Source: an uncultured virus (IMG/VR IMGVR_UViG_3300028393_000063)
Lineage: Duplodnaviria; Heunggongvirae; Uroviricota; Caudoviricetes
Reading direction: 5' to 3' (one strand)
IMG/VR virus record: IMGVR_UViG_3300028393_000063
DNA: 20,000 nt
In this document: positions 1-8,641 of the stretch, one piece after another
How the letters are laid out: every line of letters starts with the position of its first letter
How positions within the stretch are numbered: the stretch's first letter is position 1
Made by a program: the position numbers and the translations under genes
The notes under the pieces: generated by a model
What the model saw: the letters and a program-made list of their open reading frames with translations, nothing else
What the model was told of the DNA's origin: nothing
Databases searched by the model: none

Positions 1-1248
1 TGAATTATCTCCGGGAGATTGAGTTGTACCTACCGCAGCGCTTGCTACTGTGGTTGAGACTGTTGCGGCTGTTGTGGCATTTGTAGCGTTTGTAGCTAGT
101 GTTGCTGTTGCAGCATTGCCTGTTGTATTTTGATTTAATGTTGGGAACGTACAGTTAGCTAAGTTGCCGGAAGTTGGAGTTCCTAAAAGTGGAGTTACTA
201 GAGTAGGTGAAGTGCTTAAAACTACACTCCCCGAACCGGTAGAAGTAACCACACCTGTACCACCATTTGTTACAGCCAAAGTTCCAATAACTCCAGTAGT
301 TAAGGGCAAACCCGTACAGTTAGTTAAAACTCCAGAAGTAGGCGTTCCAAGAAGAGGTGTAACTAAAGCGGGTGCATTACTAAGAACATTATTTCCAGAA
401 CCTGTGGATGTAGTTACGCCTGTACCACCGTTGGTTACTGCTAAAGTGCCTGTAACTTGAGTCGCTAAATTAATATTACCTGATATTGAGCCAGACGGAT
501 ATCCAGTACAGTTAGCCAAGTTTCCAGATTGGGGTGTTCCAAGAAGAGGGGTTACTAAAGTAGGGGATGTACTTAATACGTTATTTCCTGTTCCTGTAGA
601 TGTAGTAACGCCTGAACCACCATTAACAACAGCAACTATACCAGTCACATTTAGCGAAGTACCACCAACACTTAACCCAGCGGCTGAACCAGTAATGCCT
701 GTACCCGGACCTGAAAATTGAGTACCAGCTGTTATTGTTGTACTACCAGCTATTGCGCCTGTGCTTGTAAGTGAAGTACAGTTAATAGCGCCTGTAGTGA
801 TAGTTCCACCAGTAACAAGATTCTGAGCATTCTGCACATAATTTAAAACACCCCATGATGCCCCTACTATTCCAGTACAGTACAAATACATAGTCTGTCC
901 GTTAGGGACTTGAGTTGTAGTACCGCCTGACATTTTTATATATGCAACTTGCGGGGAAGTTAAGCTGTTAGTAACCATGTAAAGTTTTGGAACAGCTGGC
1001 ACTATTACACTATATGTAGCATTTTGAGTACCTGTAACTATAATTACCGCACTTCTTGCTTCATCTAAAGCACCGTTTAAGTTTGTTAGGGTATAGTCGG
1101 CATTAGCCATTGTGATGGTAGTTTGTCCAACAATAGCCTGTTCAAGGAGAGTGCCAAAGTTTGCATTGGTGGTTTGACCCCAAGTACCTGTCTGGTCGCC
1201 ATCTCCTATGAGGGTTAATTTTAATGAGGTTGAATAGGTACTTGCCAT
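1..1248 (-). CDS. Tail fibre / tail appendage protein, 3'-truncated by the window edge (at least 416 aa)
   Basis: Not in the ORF track because it has no stop in the window. ATG at 1248 after AAGGA. Translates MASTYSTSLKLTLIGDGDQTGTWGQTTNANFGTLLEQAI..., an N-terminus typical of tail proteins in such phages, then Thr/Gly-rich repeats (LAVTNGGTGVTTSTGSG..VLS.SPTLVTPLLGTP.SG.L.NCT). Confidence 0.8.
   Translation of the reverse strand, partial: MASTYSTSLKLTLIGDGDQTGTWGQTTNANFGTLLEQAIVGQTTITMANADYTLTNLNGALDEARSAVIIVTGTQNATYSVIVPAVPKLYMVTNSLTSPQVAYIKMSGGTTTQVPNGQTMYLYCTGIVGASWGVLNYVQNAQNLVTGGTITTGAINCTSLTSTGAIAGSTTITAGTQFSGPGTGITGSAAGLSVGGTSLNVTGIVAVVNGGSGVTTSTGTGNNVLSTSPTLVTPLLGTPQSGNLANCTGYPSGSISGNINLATQVTGTLAVTNGGTGVTTSTGSGNNVLSNAPALVTPLLGTPTSGVLTNCTGLPLTTGVIGTLAVTNGGTGVVTSTGSGSVVLSTSPTLVTPLLGTPTSGNLANCTFPTLNQNTTGNAATATLATNATNATTAATVSTTVASAAVGTTQSPGDNS
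145..650 (-). repeat. Three imperfect ~50-aa fibre repeats
   Basis: NG codons of the AV.NGG motif at 619-624, 427-432 and 262-267 (spacings 192 and 165 nt); VTPLLGTP and NCT recur in all three. Confidence 0.85.
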
Positions 1249-1257
1249 AATTTATCC

Positions 1258-2256
1258 TTATTGACTATTGTTTATTTCTACCCAGCCTTGCGTTTGGCTG
1301 TTATTAATCTGTACCCAGTTAGCGTTTGTGTCAGGAATAATTGGGTCTGGTACATTACCTGAAACAACTGCGTATCCAGCAAATGATAATGAAGCAAACG
1401 GAGTTCCCCCAAAATTAGCTATGTCAGTAAACGTCTGTTGTTTATAACCCCAGTTAGCATCTTGATTATCATTAATTGTATACCAACCACGAGGAAATTG
1501 GGAATCTAAAAGTGATATGGCTTCGGTAATAGTTTGTAAGAAATTAGACTGCTGGGTGCTTGAGTCGGCTAAAGTGACCGCCTCGGTAATAGAGTTCTGA
1601 AATTGCGCAAGAATTGACTCTGTTTCTGCGGAAGTTACGTTCTCAGTAATAGCAAGCGCATATATTGCAATAATCTGAATAACATCAGCGGCTGTAGTGT
1701 TCTCGGTTACAACCGCATTAAACTGAGCAAGAATAGACTGAGCATTATCTAAGGTAGTACTCTCGGATACGCTTGCGGCAAACTGGGCTAAGATAGTAGG
1801 TGCGTCAGCTAAAGTGCTGTTTTCTACAATACTGGCTAAGTATTGAGCGGTAATTGACGGAGTATCCGCAAGGGTTGAGTTTTCGGTAATGCTTGTTACA
1901 AACTGAGAAATTATTGTCTGTACGGTATCAAGTACGGAATTTTCAGCCCTACTTACATTAAACTGCGCCAAGATAGACTGTGCATTGTCTATGGTAGTCG
2001 GCTCTGTAATGCTTGTTAAGAATGAAATACCACCAACAACAACGTCTGCTATATTTACGTTTTCTGTTTGAGAAGCAGCAAACTGCGCCAGAATAGACTG
2101 GGTATTGTCTGAGGTTATGTTGTCGGTAAAGCTGGCTAAGAACTGCGCAGTGATTGTTTGCGCATTGTCTACTGTTACATTTTCGGATAACGCTAGGTCA
2201 TAACCCACCCCTAATGCAGCAAATGGTGCCTGAGCAAAAGAGGTGAATCCAAACAT
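1258..2256 (-). CDS. Virion structural protein with 20-aa tandem repeats
   Basis: 332-aa ORF in the tail module; about 11-12 repeats of (I/V)TEN.T..D..SILAQF..S; N-terminal MFGFTSFAQAPFAAL; C-terminal W..IN.(N/S)Q motifs. Confidence 0.75.
   Translation of the reverse strand: MFGFTSFAQAPFAALGVGYDLALSENVTVDNAQTITAQFLASFTDNITSDNTQSILAQFAASQTENVNIADVVVGGISFLTSITEPTTIDNAQSILAQFNVSRAENSVLDTVQTIISQFVTSITENSTLADTPSITAQYLASIVENSTLADAPTILAQFAASVSESTTLDNAQSILAQFNAVVTENTTAADVIQIIAIYALAITENVTSAETESILAQFQNSITEAVTLADSSTQQSNFLQTITEAISLLDSQFPRGWYTINDNQDANWGYKQQTFTDIANFGGTPFASLSFAGYAVVSGNVPDPIIPDTNANWVQINNSQTQGWVEINNSQ
1520..2190 (-). repeat. 60-nt periodic coding repeat
   Basis: aactg at 2141, 2081, 1961, 1901, 1781 and 1721, with variants at 1841 and 1601: an exact 60-nt period. 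Confidence 0.9.
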
Positions 2257-2257
2257 A

Positions 2258-2476
2258 TTAGTTTGTTACTTCAGGGATTACCTCTAAAGACTGTTTTAAC
2301 ATGGTAAAAAAGGCGTTCTTACCCACGCTTAACTGGTCAAGGTTAAACTGAGCTGAAGCAATTTTACGGTCAAGGTCTATGCAATGTTGAAACAATTTTT
2401 GCTGTTCCTCGGTTAAGTCTTCAAGGGTGTAATCTACATCATCAATAGTTACTGGGGTTGTTTTTTTCTCGCCCAT
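2258..2476 (-). CDS. Small coiled-coil protein, possible tail-fibre assembly factor
   Basis: 72 aa, AGGAG RBS, heptad-like helix; function inferred only from position downstream of the fibre. Confidence 0.6.
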   Translation of the reverse strand: MGEKKTTPVTIDDVDYTLEDLTEEQQKLFQHCIDLDRKIASAQFNLDQLSVGKNAFFTMLKQSLEVIPEVTN

Positions 2477-2509
2477 TCTATTCTCCTAGTTGTACTACGG
2501 TTTAAAAAT

Positions 2510-2830
2510 TTATACGGTTGCCCAAGGCAATGCTGTGTTTTGTGGGCTAACAGGTGGTGTAATTAGGCTATCAATCTGCCCTTGTACACAAGCCTGTGCG
2601 CTGTCTATTTGGTTCTTAGGAATCCAACTAATAACTAACGCCTCTGTTAAGTTTGCGTAAGGCACAAATGTAGTCTGGTCTGTAGAGTCAAACTGTGTGT
2701 TTCCTTGGATAGAGGCAGTATAAGTGCCGTCTACTCCTGTTACTTCCCATAGTGCATTAATCACATAGTTTGGGTCAGGTTGTTGTACTGTGTACATTGC
2801 TGTAATGCGTGTTGTAAAGACTGTTGCCAT
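2510..2830 (-). CDS. Putative tail-fibre assembly/chaperone protein
   Basis: 106 aa, AAGGAG RBS, directly after the fibre; motif F.PY..LTE..V..W and terminal LPW, as commonly seen in fibre-adjacent small genes. Confidence 0.65.
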   Translation of the reverse strand: MATVFTTRITAMYTVQQPDPNYVINALWEVTGVDGTYTASIQGNTQFDSTDQTTFVPYANLTEALVISWIPKNQIDSAQACVQGQIDSLITPPVSPQNTALPWATV

Positions 2831-2841
2831 TTTAATTCTCC

Positions 2842-5800
2842 TTAAGGATGGGTTGCTTTGTATGCGTCAAATTCTGCTTTTAACTGCTTTATTGCGTTTA
2901 TCATGTACCAAGTTAGGTTGTCCGAGTCTACAGACATAACACCGGTGCTTTCAGTCTTAATACACTCAGGCAATATCTGTTGAAGTTCTTGGGCAATAAC
3001 ACCAAGTTGAACGCCTTCTTTTTTAATTGCTTGACTTTGCGGTAAGTCGGTAACTTCTTCAGGTAAACGGTATTCAAAGTTACGCACTTGAATTTGTGTA
3101 ATCTTATCTAGACCTGTGTTGTTGTCTACAATGTTCTTTTTAAGTCTTGCGTCAGAAGTAATAGACCACGATAAAGAATTGTTACCTTGATATACGCCAC
3201 CAGCACCGGGATTAATAAATCCTGTGGTAGTACCTTTACCAGCGGAGTTATACCCAATAACGATTTCATTTGTTGGGCTTGCGCCTGACGGATAAGCATA
3301 TGAGCCAACATAAACATTGGAGTTGCCAGTTGTTAAATTTGAACCCCCTACTGGAGAACCATATCCAGAACTAGTACCAAAACACGAATTATTAGAACCG
3401 CTTGTAATAGCATAACCAGATTGATAACCAAAAAGGTTATTTCCAGCACCATCAAGGCTATAGCCAGCCTGATAACCTACTGCGGTGCTACTAGAGGCGG
3501 TGTTGTTATTGATAAGCGATTGCTGACCAAAAGCCGTATTGTACGAACCTGTAGTGTTGCTTAATAAAGAATAAAAACCAAAAGCGTTATTAGATACACC
3601 AGTTGTATTTGCAGTAAGTGCTTGAAAACCAAACGCATCTGAACCTCCAGTAGTGTTTGCTCTTAGTGCTTGATAACCTACGGCTGTAGAATTTCCGGCT
3701 GTGTTTGCGTACAGTGCTTGATAACCAACTGCTGTGTTGTTTGAGCCAGAAGCACCGCCATTTGCTACGCTTAATGCACCTGAACCTAATGCAGTATTGT
3801 AAGAACCTGTTGCTCTATATCCTGCATAACCACCTACATAAGTATTATCAATTCCTGCTGTATTAAAGTATCCTGCGCTTGCGCCAATATATACCTGACC
3901 TTGATTAGAGCCACCGCCAGTATATGAATATGCCGCTTGCGAACCTACTGCAACTAGAGTTGGCGCTACAGTACTGCTATACAAGGCTTGATAACCTACG
4001 GCTACAATATTAGAGGCGGTGGTGTTTGAACGCAAAGCGCCAGAGCCTAAAGCCACATTATAACTACCAGTTGTATTTAACTCTAATGTCCCACTTGAAA
4101 TACCGGGAACACTACCTCCAACTGCAACGTTTTGTGTACCTGTGGTATTTGAGGTTAAAGACATGGCACCAAATGCAGCATTGTAAGCGCCACTGGTGTT
4201 ACTGCTCAATGCTTCTGCTCCAAATGCTGCATTCCAGCGACCGACAGCGCCACTTGAGCCTTTTAGTGCATTTCCACCCATTGCTGTATTGCCATCACCT
4301 GCATTCCAGTATGTTGCTTGATAGCCCACTGCGGTGTTGTTATTACTGCTTACATTCTTGTCTAGTGCGCCCGACCCAATGGCAACATTGTTACTACCAG
4401 TGGTTGTGCTTTCTAAAGCATAATCACCGATTGCTATGTTGTAGTTAGCAGTAGTATTGCCTAGTGCTGCTCTGTAACCAATAGCAACTAAGTTTATACC
4501 TGTAGTGTTTGCATATCCTGCTTGATAACCTACGGCTGTGTTTTGAGAGGCGGTGGTGTTTGCTCTTAATGCTTCTACGCCTAATGCAGTATTGTAAGAA
4601 CCACTTGTGTTTTGTAATAGAGCCTGTTGTCCTATAGCAGTTAGATAAGAACCAGCACCTGTAGATGCTACTGCCGCATCTCCAACAATAGTGTTATATG
4701 AACCTGTATTTAAGTATCCAGAAAAAGAACCAGCAAATAAATTATTACTGCCAGTATTTGATTTTCCAGCAAAATAACCTATACCAGTTTGCCTATCTGT
4801 TGTAGTTGTTGTATATAAAGACTGATAACCTACTGCTGTGTTATTAGAGGCGGTGGTGTTGGAGCCTAATGCACCAGTACCAACTGCAATATTGTATGAA
4901 CCCGTACTGTTGCCACTCAGCGCAGAAACAGAATTAGCAACATACTCCCCCCCAACTGCTACGTTGGCAACACCCGTTGTGTTGCTATATAGGGCATTAC
5001 GTCCGAATGCGTGTAAAGCCGTTCCCGTGGTATTGCTATACCCTGCTTGATAGCCTACTGCTGTATTGTTAGAGGCGGTGGTGTTTTTCTCTAGCGCTGA
5101 CCTACCAAGGGCAGTATTAAAGGAGCCAGTGGTATTTTGTTGTAAAGCCCAGTAGCCTAAAGCCGCATTAGAGCCTCCACTACTATTTGTTGATAGCGCC
5201 CCAGAACCAACAGCAGTGTTAAAAGATGTTGTATTGCCGTAAAGTGTTTGATAACCTACTGCTACGTTGTCTGTGCCAGTAAGGTTTGAGTTCATGGCTG
5301 AGTAACCGAGAACTGTATTATATGCACCTGATGTGTTTTGATTTAAAGCATACCCACCAACAACAGTATTTGCATCCCCTGTAGTATTTGATGCTAAAGC
5401 CTCTCGACCAACTGCTACAGAACCTCCACCTGTAGTATTAGCCCTTAAAGCATTCATTCCAACTGCTGTTAGACTACCACCTGTACTGTTTGTGTATAAA
5501 GACTGATAGCCTACTGCTGTGTTGTTAGAGGCGGTGGTGTTTTGTGCTAATGCCGCAGTTCCTATAGCAGTATTGTAACTACCTGAACTATTGCTAAACA
5601 ACGCACCATATGTTCCAGCATCTTGTGAGCCAACAGCAGTATTGTAAGAGCCTGATGTAGTTAAATACATAGCGTAATTACCAAGAGCCAAGTTGTTATT
5701 TCCACTTGTAATACTTGCCAATCCACTAGCACCAACTACGGTGTTATTAGTAGCCCCAGCGTTTCCACGCCCCACTCTTACACCATAAACAGTTAAGTCA

Positions 5801-6195
5801 GTACCTGAGTATAAAAGGTTGGCTGAGTCTGTTAGTAGACCGTCCGTAGTAGCATAAGCAACACGACCACTTGTTAATGCGGCTGAACTTAAATTGACAG
5901 ACCGCTCACTAGGATAAGTTAGGAATACGTTCTGTGTACCAGTACTAAAGTTAGTTAAAGAGCCAGCATTAGATGAGGAGAGCACCGTGGTACGGGCTAA
6001 TGTTCCAGACGAGTAAGTACCAATACCTACTTCCCAATTAGCTCCATTCTGGTCAGCTATAGCGTAGTAACAAGTATTACCGTTGCCTACCGTGCTAAAT
6101 GCTTGGTAGCCTGTAACTGCGCCTAATAACGTAATCGTACCTGTACCGGGAGAAGTACAGGTCTCTAGTACTCTGTCCTTTAATACTAATGCCAT
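2842..6195 (-). CDS. Long tail fibre/spike: N-terminal anchor, beta-helical NTAVGYQAL..NTTG repeats, C-terminal intramolecular chaperone (peptidase S74-like)
   Basis: 1117 aa; AGGAG RBS; MALVLKDRV.ET... anchor; dozens of ~14-aa repeats; SDARLKKNI autocleavage motif (Ser codon 3154-3156) followed by GVIAQE and a terminal coiled coil. Confidence 0.9.
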   Translation of the reverse strand: MALVLKDRVLETCTSPGTGTITLLGAVTGYQAFSTVGNGNTCYYAIADQNGANWEVGIGTYSSGTLARTTVLSSSNAGSLTNFSTGTQNVFLTYPSERSVNLSSAALTSGRVAYATTDGLLTDSANLLYSGTDLTVYGVRVGRGNAGATNNTVVGASGLASITSGNNNLALGNYAMYLTTSGSYNTAVGSQDAGTYGALFSNSSGSYNTAIGTAALAQNTTASNNTAVGYQSLYTNSTGGSLTAVGMNALRANTTGGGSVAVGREALASNTTGDANTVVGGYALNQNTSGAYNTVLGYSAMNSNLTGTDNVAVGYQTLYGNTTSFNTAVGSGALSTNSSGGSNAALGYWALQQNTTGSFNTALGRSALEKNTTASNNTAVGYQAGYSNTTGTALHAFGRNALYSNTTGVANVAVGGEYVANSVSALSGNSTGSYNIAVGTGALGSNTTASNNTAVGYQSLYTTTTTDRQTGIGYFAGKSNTGSNNLFAGSFSGYLNTGSYNTIVGDAAVASTGAGSYLTAIGQQALLQNTSGSYNTALGVEALRANTTASQNTAVGYQAGYANTTGINLVAIGYRAALGNTTANYNIAIGDYALESTTTGSNNVAIGSGALDKNVSSNNNTAVGYQATYWNAGDGNTAMGGNALKGSSGAVGRWNAAFGAEALSSNTSGAYNAAFGAMSLTSNTTGTQNVAVGGSVPGISSGTLELNTTGSYNVALGSGALRSNTTASNIVAVGYQALYSSTVAPTLVAVGSQAAYSYTGGGSNQGQVYIGASAGYFNTAGIDNTYVGGYAGYRATGSYNTALGSGALSVANGGASGSNNTAVGYQALYANTAGNSTAVGYQALRANTTGGSDAFGFQALTANTTGVSNNAFGFYSLLSNTTGSYNTAFGQQSLINNNTASSSTAVGYQAGYSLDGAGNNLFGYQSGYAITSGSNNSCFGTSSGYGSPVGGSNLTTGNSNVYVGSYAYPSGASPTNEIVIGYNSAGKGTTTGFINPGAGGVYQGNNSLSWSITSDARLKKNIVDNNTGLDKITQIQVRNFEYRLPEEVTDLPQSQAIKKEGVQLGVIAQELQQILPECIKTESTGVMSVDSDNLTWYMINAIKQLKAEFDAYKATHP
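3493..5541 (+). repeat. Six dispersed copies of AGAGGCGGTGGTGTT inside the fibre gene
   Basis: Exact copies at 4012-4026, 4546-4560, 4846-4860, 5071-5085 and 5527-5541; a one-mismatch copy at 3493-3507. Confidence 0.95.
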
Positions 6196-6208
6196 GATTG
6201 GCTCCTAA

Positions 6209-6817
6209 TTACGAAGTTGCGGTTGTACTATAAGTTACAGATACTGTATCGCCAGCCGTTACTATTTTAGATGTAGTAAAGTTACCTTCGGAATAAAGCG
6301 TACCAGCTGTTGAGCTTTGCGTATTAACAGCACCTGTACCGGTTACCAAGAAGCATCCGTAAACTGTTCCGCCAGCGCCCGTGATTGTATAAGTAATTGA
6401 GGCTGCAGCAGAGGTTGTGACGTTACTTGGGGTTGTGCCTGTAGAAGTAGAAGCTGTAAACACCGCTGTGCCACGAACCGCTGAACTACTTACTGTGTAG
6501 TTAATGAACTCACCAGCATTTGTAGTCACTAAGGTAGTCATCGTATCTGTAGCTGCTGGAGTTAAAGACACTTTAGTTAAGCCTAGGAACGGTCCAACAA
6601 CAGTATAAGAAGAGCCTCTTAACAAGGTATCTAACATCAGCTGTTTACCTACAGCTACGACTAAGTTAGGAAACTCATCTTCCCACTTTAATTTGCCCTC
6701 GGCATCACGGCACACTACTTTATAAAAACCTTCTATACCCATTCCTTCGGGAATAGTTACGTTTGCTTGTAATGAGGCTACAGCGTTATCACCGCAGCTT
6801 GCTTTTTCGTTTGTCAT
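6209..6817 (-). CDS. Virion structural (tail) protein
   Basis: 202 aa, Thr/Gly-rich beta protein, W.....NLVV..G and GDT..VTY motifs; AGGAG RBS. Confidence 0.7.
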   Translation of the reverse strand: MTNEKASCGDNAVASLQANVTIPEGMGIEGFYKVVCRDAEGKLKWEDEFPNLVVAVGKQLMLDTLLRGSSYTVVGPFLGLTKVSLTPAATDTMTTLVTTNAGEFINYTVSSSAVRGTAVFTASTSTGTTPSNVTTSAAASITYTITGAGGTVYGCFLVTGTGAVNTQSSTAGTLYSEGNFTTSKIVTAGDTVSVTYSTTATS

Positions 6818-6825
6818 AATTACTC

Positions 6826-7254
6826 CTAATTAAGAAGAATAACAGCGGTTGTTGAAGTCGCTGAAGGGAAAGTTATAGTAAATGTTTCTGATGCTGTTTT
6901 ATTTGAACCAAAATCTAACACACAAATAGCCGCAGACGTTGTGCTATTATAAATCAAAGCCCCTCGTGTAGTAAAGGATGCTCCTGTCCAAACTACATTA
7001 TCAAATGAAATATATGCGGTATTGTTTATAAAATCAACTGCTGGCACTATTGGAGTTAAGGTTTTTCCTCCGGCGGTGTATCCCCCGCCAACAATCTCAT
7101 TGCTAGTAGTATAAGCAAGAGTTGAGCTGTCCAGAGTAGCCAGAGATGTATAAAGTGCAATTTTATAAACATAAGTAGTTCCTACGGCAAAATTTTCTAA
7201 GCCACTTAAAAGATTCTTTTTAAATATTGTAGTTTGGCCTTGGGTAAAAGACAT
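6826..7254 (-). CDS. Virion structural (tail) protein
   Basis: 142 aa with KIALYTS.ATL, GYTAGG.TL and RGALIYN...VLDFG motifs; start overlaps the upstream stop. Confidence 0.7.
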   Translation of the reverse strand: MSFTQGQTTIFKKNLLSGLENFAVGTTYVYKIALYTSLATLDSSTLAYTTSNEIVGGGYTAGGKTLTPIVPAVDFINNTAYISFDNVVWTGASFTTRGALIYNSTTSAAICVLDFGSNKTASETFTITFPSATSTTAVILLN

Positions 7255-8168
7255 TAACTAACCCCTATCTTAACTTGACCATCTCTATAAGCATCGCCAC
7301 GCTCCAGACCATCACCAAGGCGTTTAGCTAGGGCTACGGCTTCAGTAAACTTCTGTTCGTAATAAGTGACCATATCCTGCTCACCCTTCATAAATATCAT
7401 GGCTTCCCGCATTGCACCATACAGGAGAACAGGGTCAAAGTTATCACCAAGCCAAGAAGTCCCAGTTGTATTATTAACCGCAGTCACGGGTATAGAGAAC
7501 CCAGAACCAGAACCGACACCGATATTAGCTGCATTAAAGCTTAGGGTATCCCCTACTATGTAAAATTGTCCACCATTAGTTAGAGTTACGCCTGTAACAA
7601 TACCAGCAACAATAGTTAATGTAGCTACAGCCCCCATACCAGAACCACCTGTTAACGGTATGTTTGTGTACGTTCCGCTAGTGTATAAAGTTCCGCCAGT
7701 AATAGTGCCTAATAAGGTAACAATACCCTGCACAATAGAGGCTGGGTAAAAGAAATAGTGCAACTCTACAGGATAACTAGAGTTTGGTGTAGGCCCCATA
7801 ATGACTGATAATTCAGTGTTTAAGGTGTATTGTGGGCCAAATAAGGCGTAATACTTAGGTGTTCCTGTATCAGTTGCTTTAGGATAAGCCTGTCTAATAT
7901 AATTAACATCTTTATTAAGTAAGTACTCGTAGCCATCTGCCGTTACTACAGCCAGTGAGTAAGTAGCTAAAAAGTCGTTTGGCAAAGAGAGGTATTGATT
8001 ACCTGAAGTTAGAGTCCCCGTTACATTTTTGCGTAGCGAAGGAAACTGTATTGTATTAAAGATACGCTCTTCAGCCTGTTGTACAAACGTAGGAATGCTC
8101 GATATAAAGAGCGATTCCGTATTCTCAGCGTAGTTCTGAATTGTTTGGTACAACGTAACGTAATTCAT
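7254..8168 (-). CDS. Head-tail adaptor/neck protein with an internal Gly/Thr-rich insertion
   Basis: 304 aa; MNY..L...IQ.Y.EN...F...IP.F..QAE.RI, G.PKYYA.F, GPTP and W.....VLLYG motifs; position between head and tail genes. Confidence 0.7.
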   Translation of the reverse strand: MNYVTLYQTIQNYAENTESLFISSIPTFVQQAEERIFNTIQFPSLRKNVTGTLTSGNQYLSLPNDFLATYSLAVVTADGYEYLLNKDVNYIRQAYPKATDTGTPKYYALFGPQYTLNTELSVIMGPTPNSSYPVELHYFFYPASIVQGIVTLLGTITGGTLYTSGTYTNIPLTGGSGMGAVATLTIVAGIVTGVTLTNGGQFYIVGDTLSFNAANIGVGSGSGFSIPVTAVNNTTGTSWLGDNFDPVLLYGAMREAMIFMKGEQDMVTYYEQKFTEAVALAKRLGDGLERGDAYRDGQVKIGVS

Positions 8169-8458
8169 TATGCCATCGGCCCTCTAGACATTAAGCCTTT
8201 AGTAGCAGCGCCTGTACCACGCATCTTAATACCAGAAGTCTTAACATCATCTCTTCCGGGGTCTCCTGCGCTTACACGCATAGCTTGTGAGGAAGGTCTT
8301 GTTTGTTTAGCACTTAATGTATTTGGGTCTACAGCACCAGATACGGCTTTCATAGCGTCTTTAGGACCTAATGAAGTACCTGCCATTGTATGTGGAGTAG
8401 CGTATACGGAAGCTTGTCCAACTTCCTTACCCATTACTTTGTTAGAAAATTTAGCCAT
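8168..8458 (-). CDS. Small basic protein (C-terminal GIKMRGTGAATKG)
   Basis: 96 aa, tightly packed with its neighbours. Confidence 0.75.
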   Translation of the reverse strand: MAKFSNKVMGKEVGQASVYATPHTMAGTSLGPKDAMKAVSGAVDPNTLSAKQTRPSSQAMRVSAGDPGRDDVKTSGIKMRGTGAATKGLMSRGPMA

Positions 8459-8460
8459 GA

Positions 8461-8631
8461 TTATTTCCCAAATTGGTTTTTAAGTTTAGCCATATTACGC
8501 CCCACAGCTTTCATAGCATCTTGCGTTTTACCACCTTTAGCCATTTTAGTTGGTTTAGAACCCTTGTGCATACTTTTTTCATGCTTACGCACTTCAGTAT
8601 CTGCAATTGATTTTACTTCTTTTTTGTCCAT
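8461..8631 (-). CDS. Small basic protein, 56 aa (not in the ORF track)
   Basis: TAAGGAG RBS then MDKKEVKSIADTEVRKHEKSMHKGSKPTKMAKGGKTQDAMKAVGRNMAKLKNQFGK*; fills the gap exactly. Confidence 0.85.
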   Translation of the reverse strand: MDKKEVKSIADTEVRKHEKSMHKGSKPTKMAKGGKTQDAMKAVGRNMAKLKNQFGK

Positions 8632-8641
8632 TTTATGCTCC

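Noticed and set aside
4012..4026. GGCGGTGG as a Chi site
   Set aside because: Two mismatches to E. coli Chi (GCTGGTGG) and the host is unknown, so it cannot be supported.
3493..5541. CRISPR array or DGR interpretation of the fibre repeats
   Set aside because: Spacing is 225-534 nt and in frame within a CDS; no cas or reverse transcriptase gene and no adenine-specific TR/VR pair was seen.
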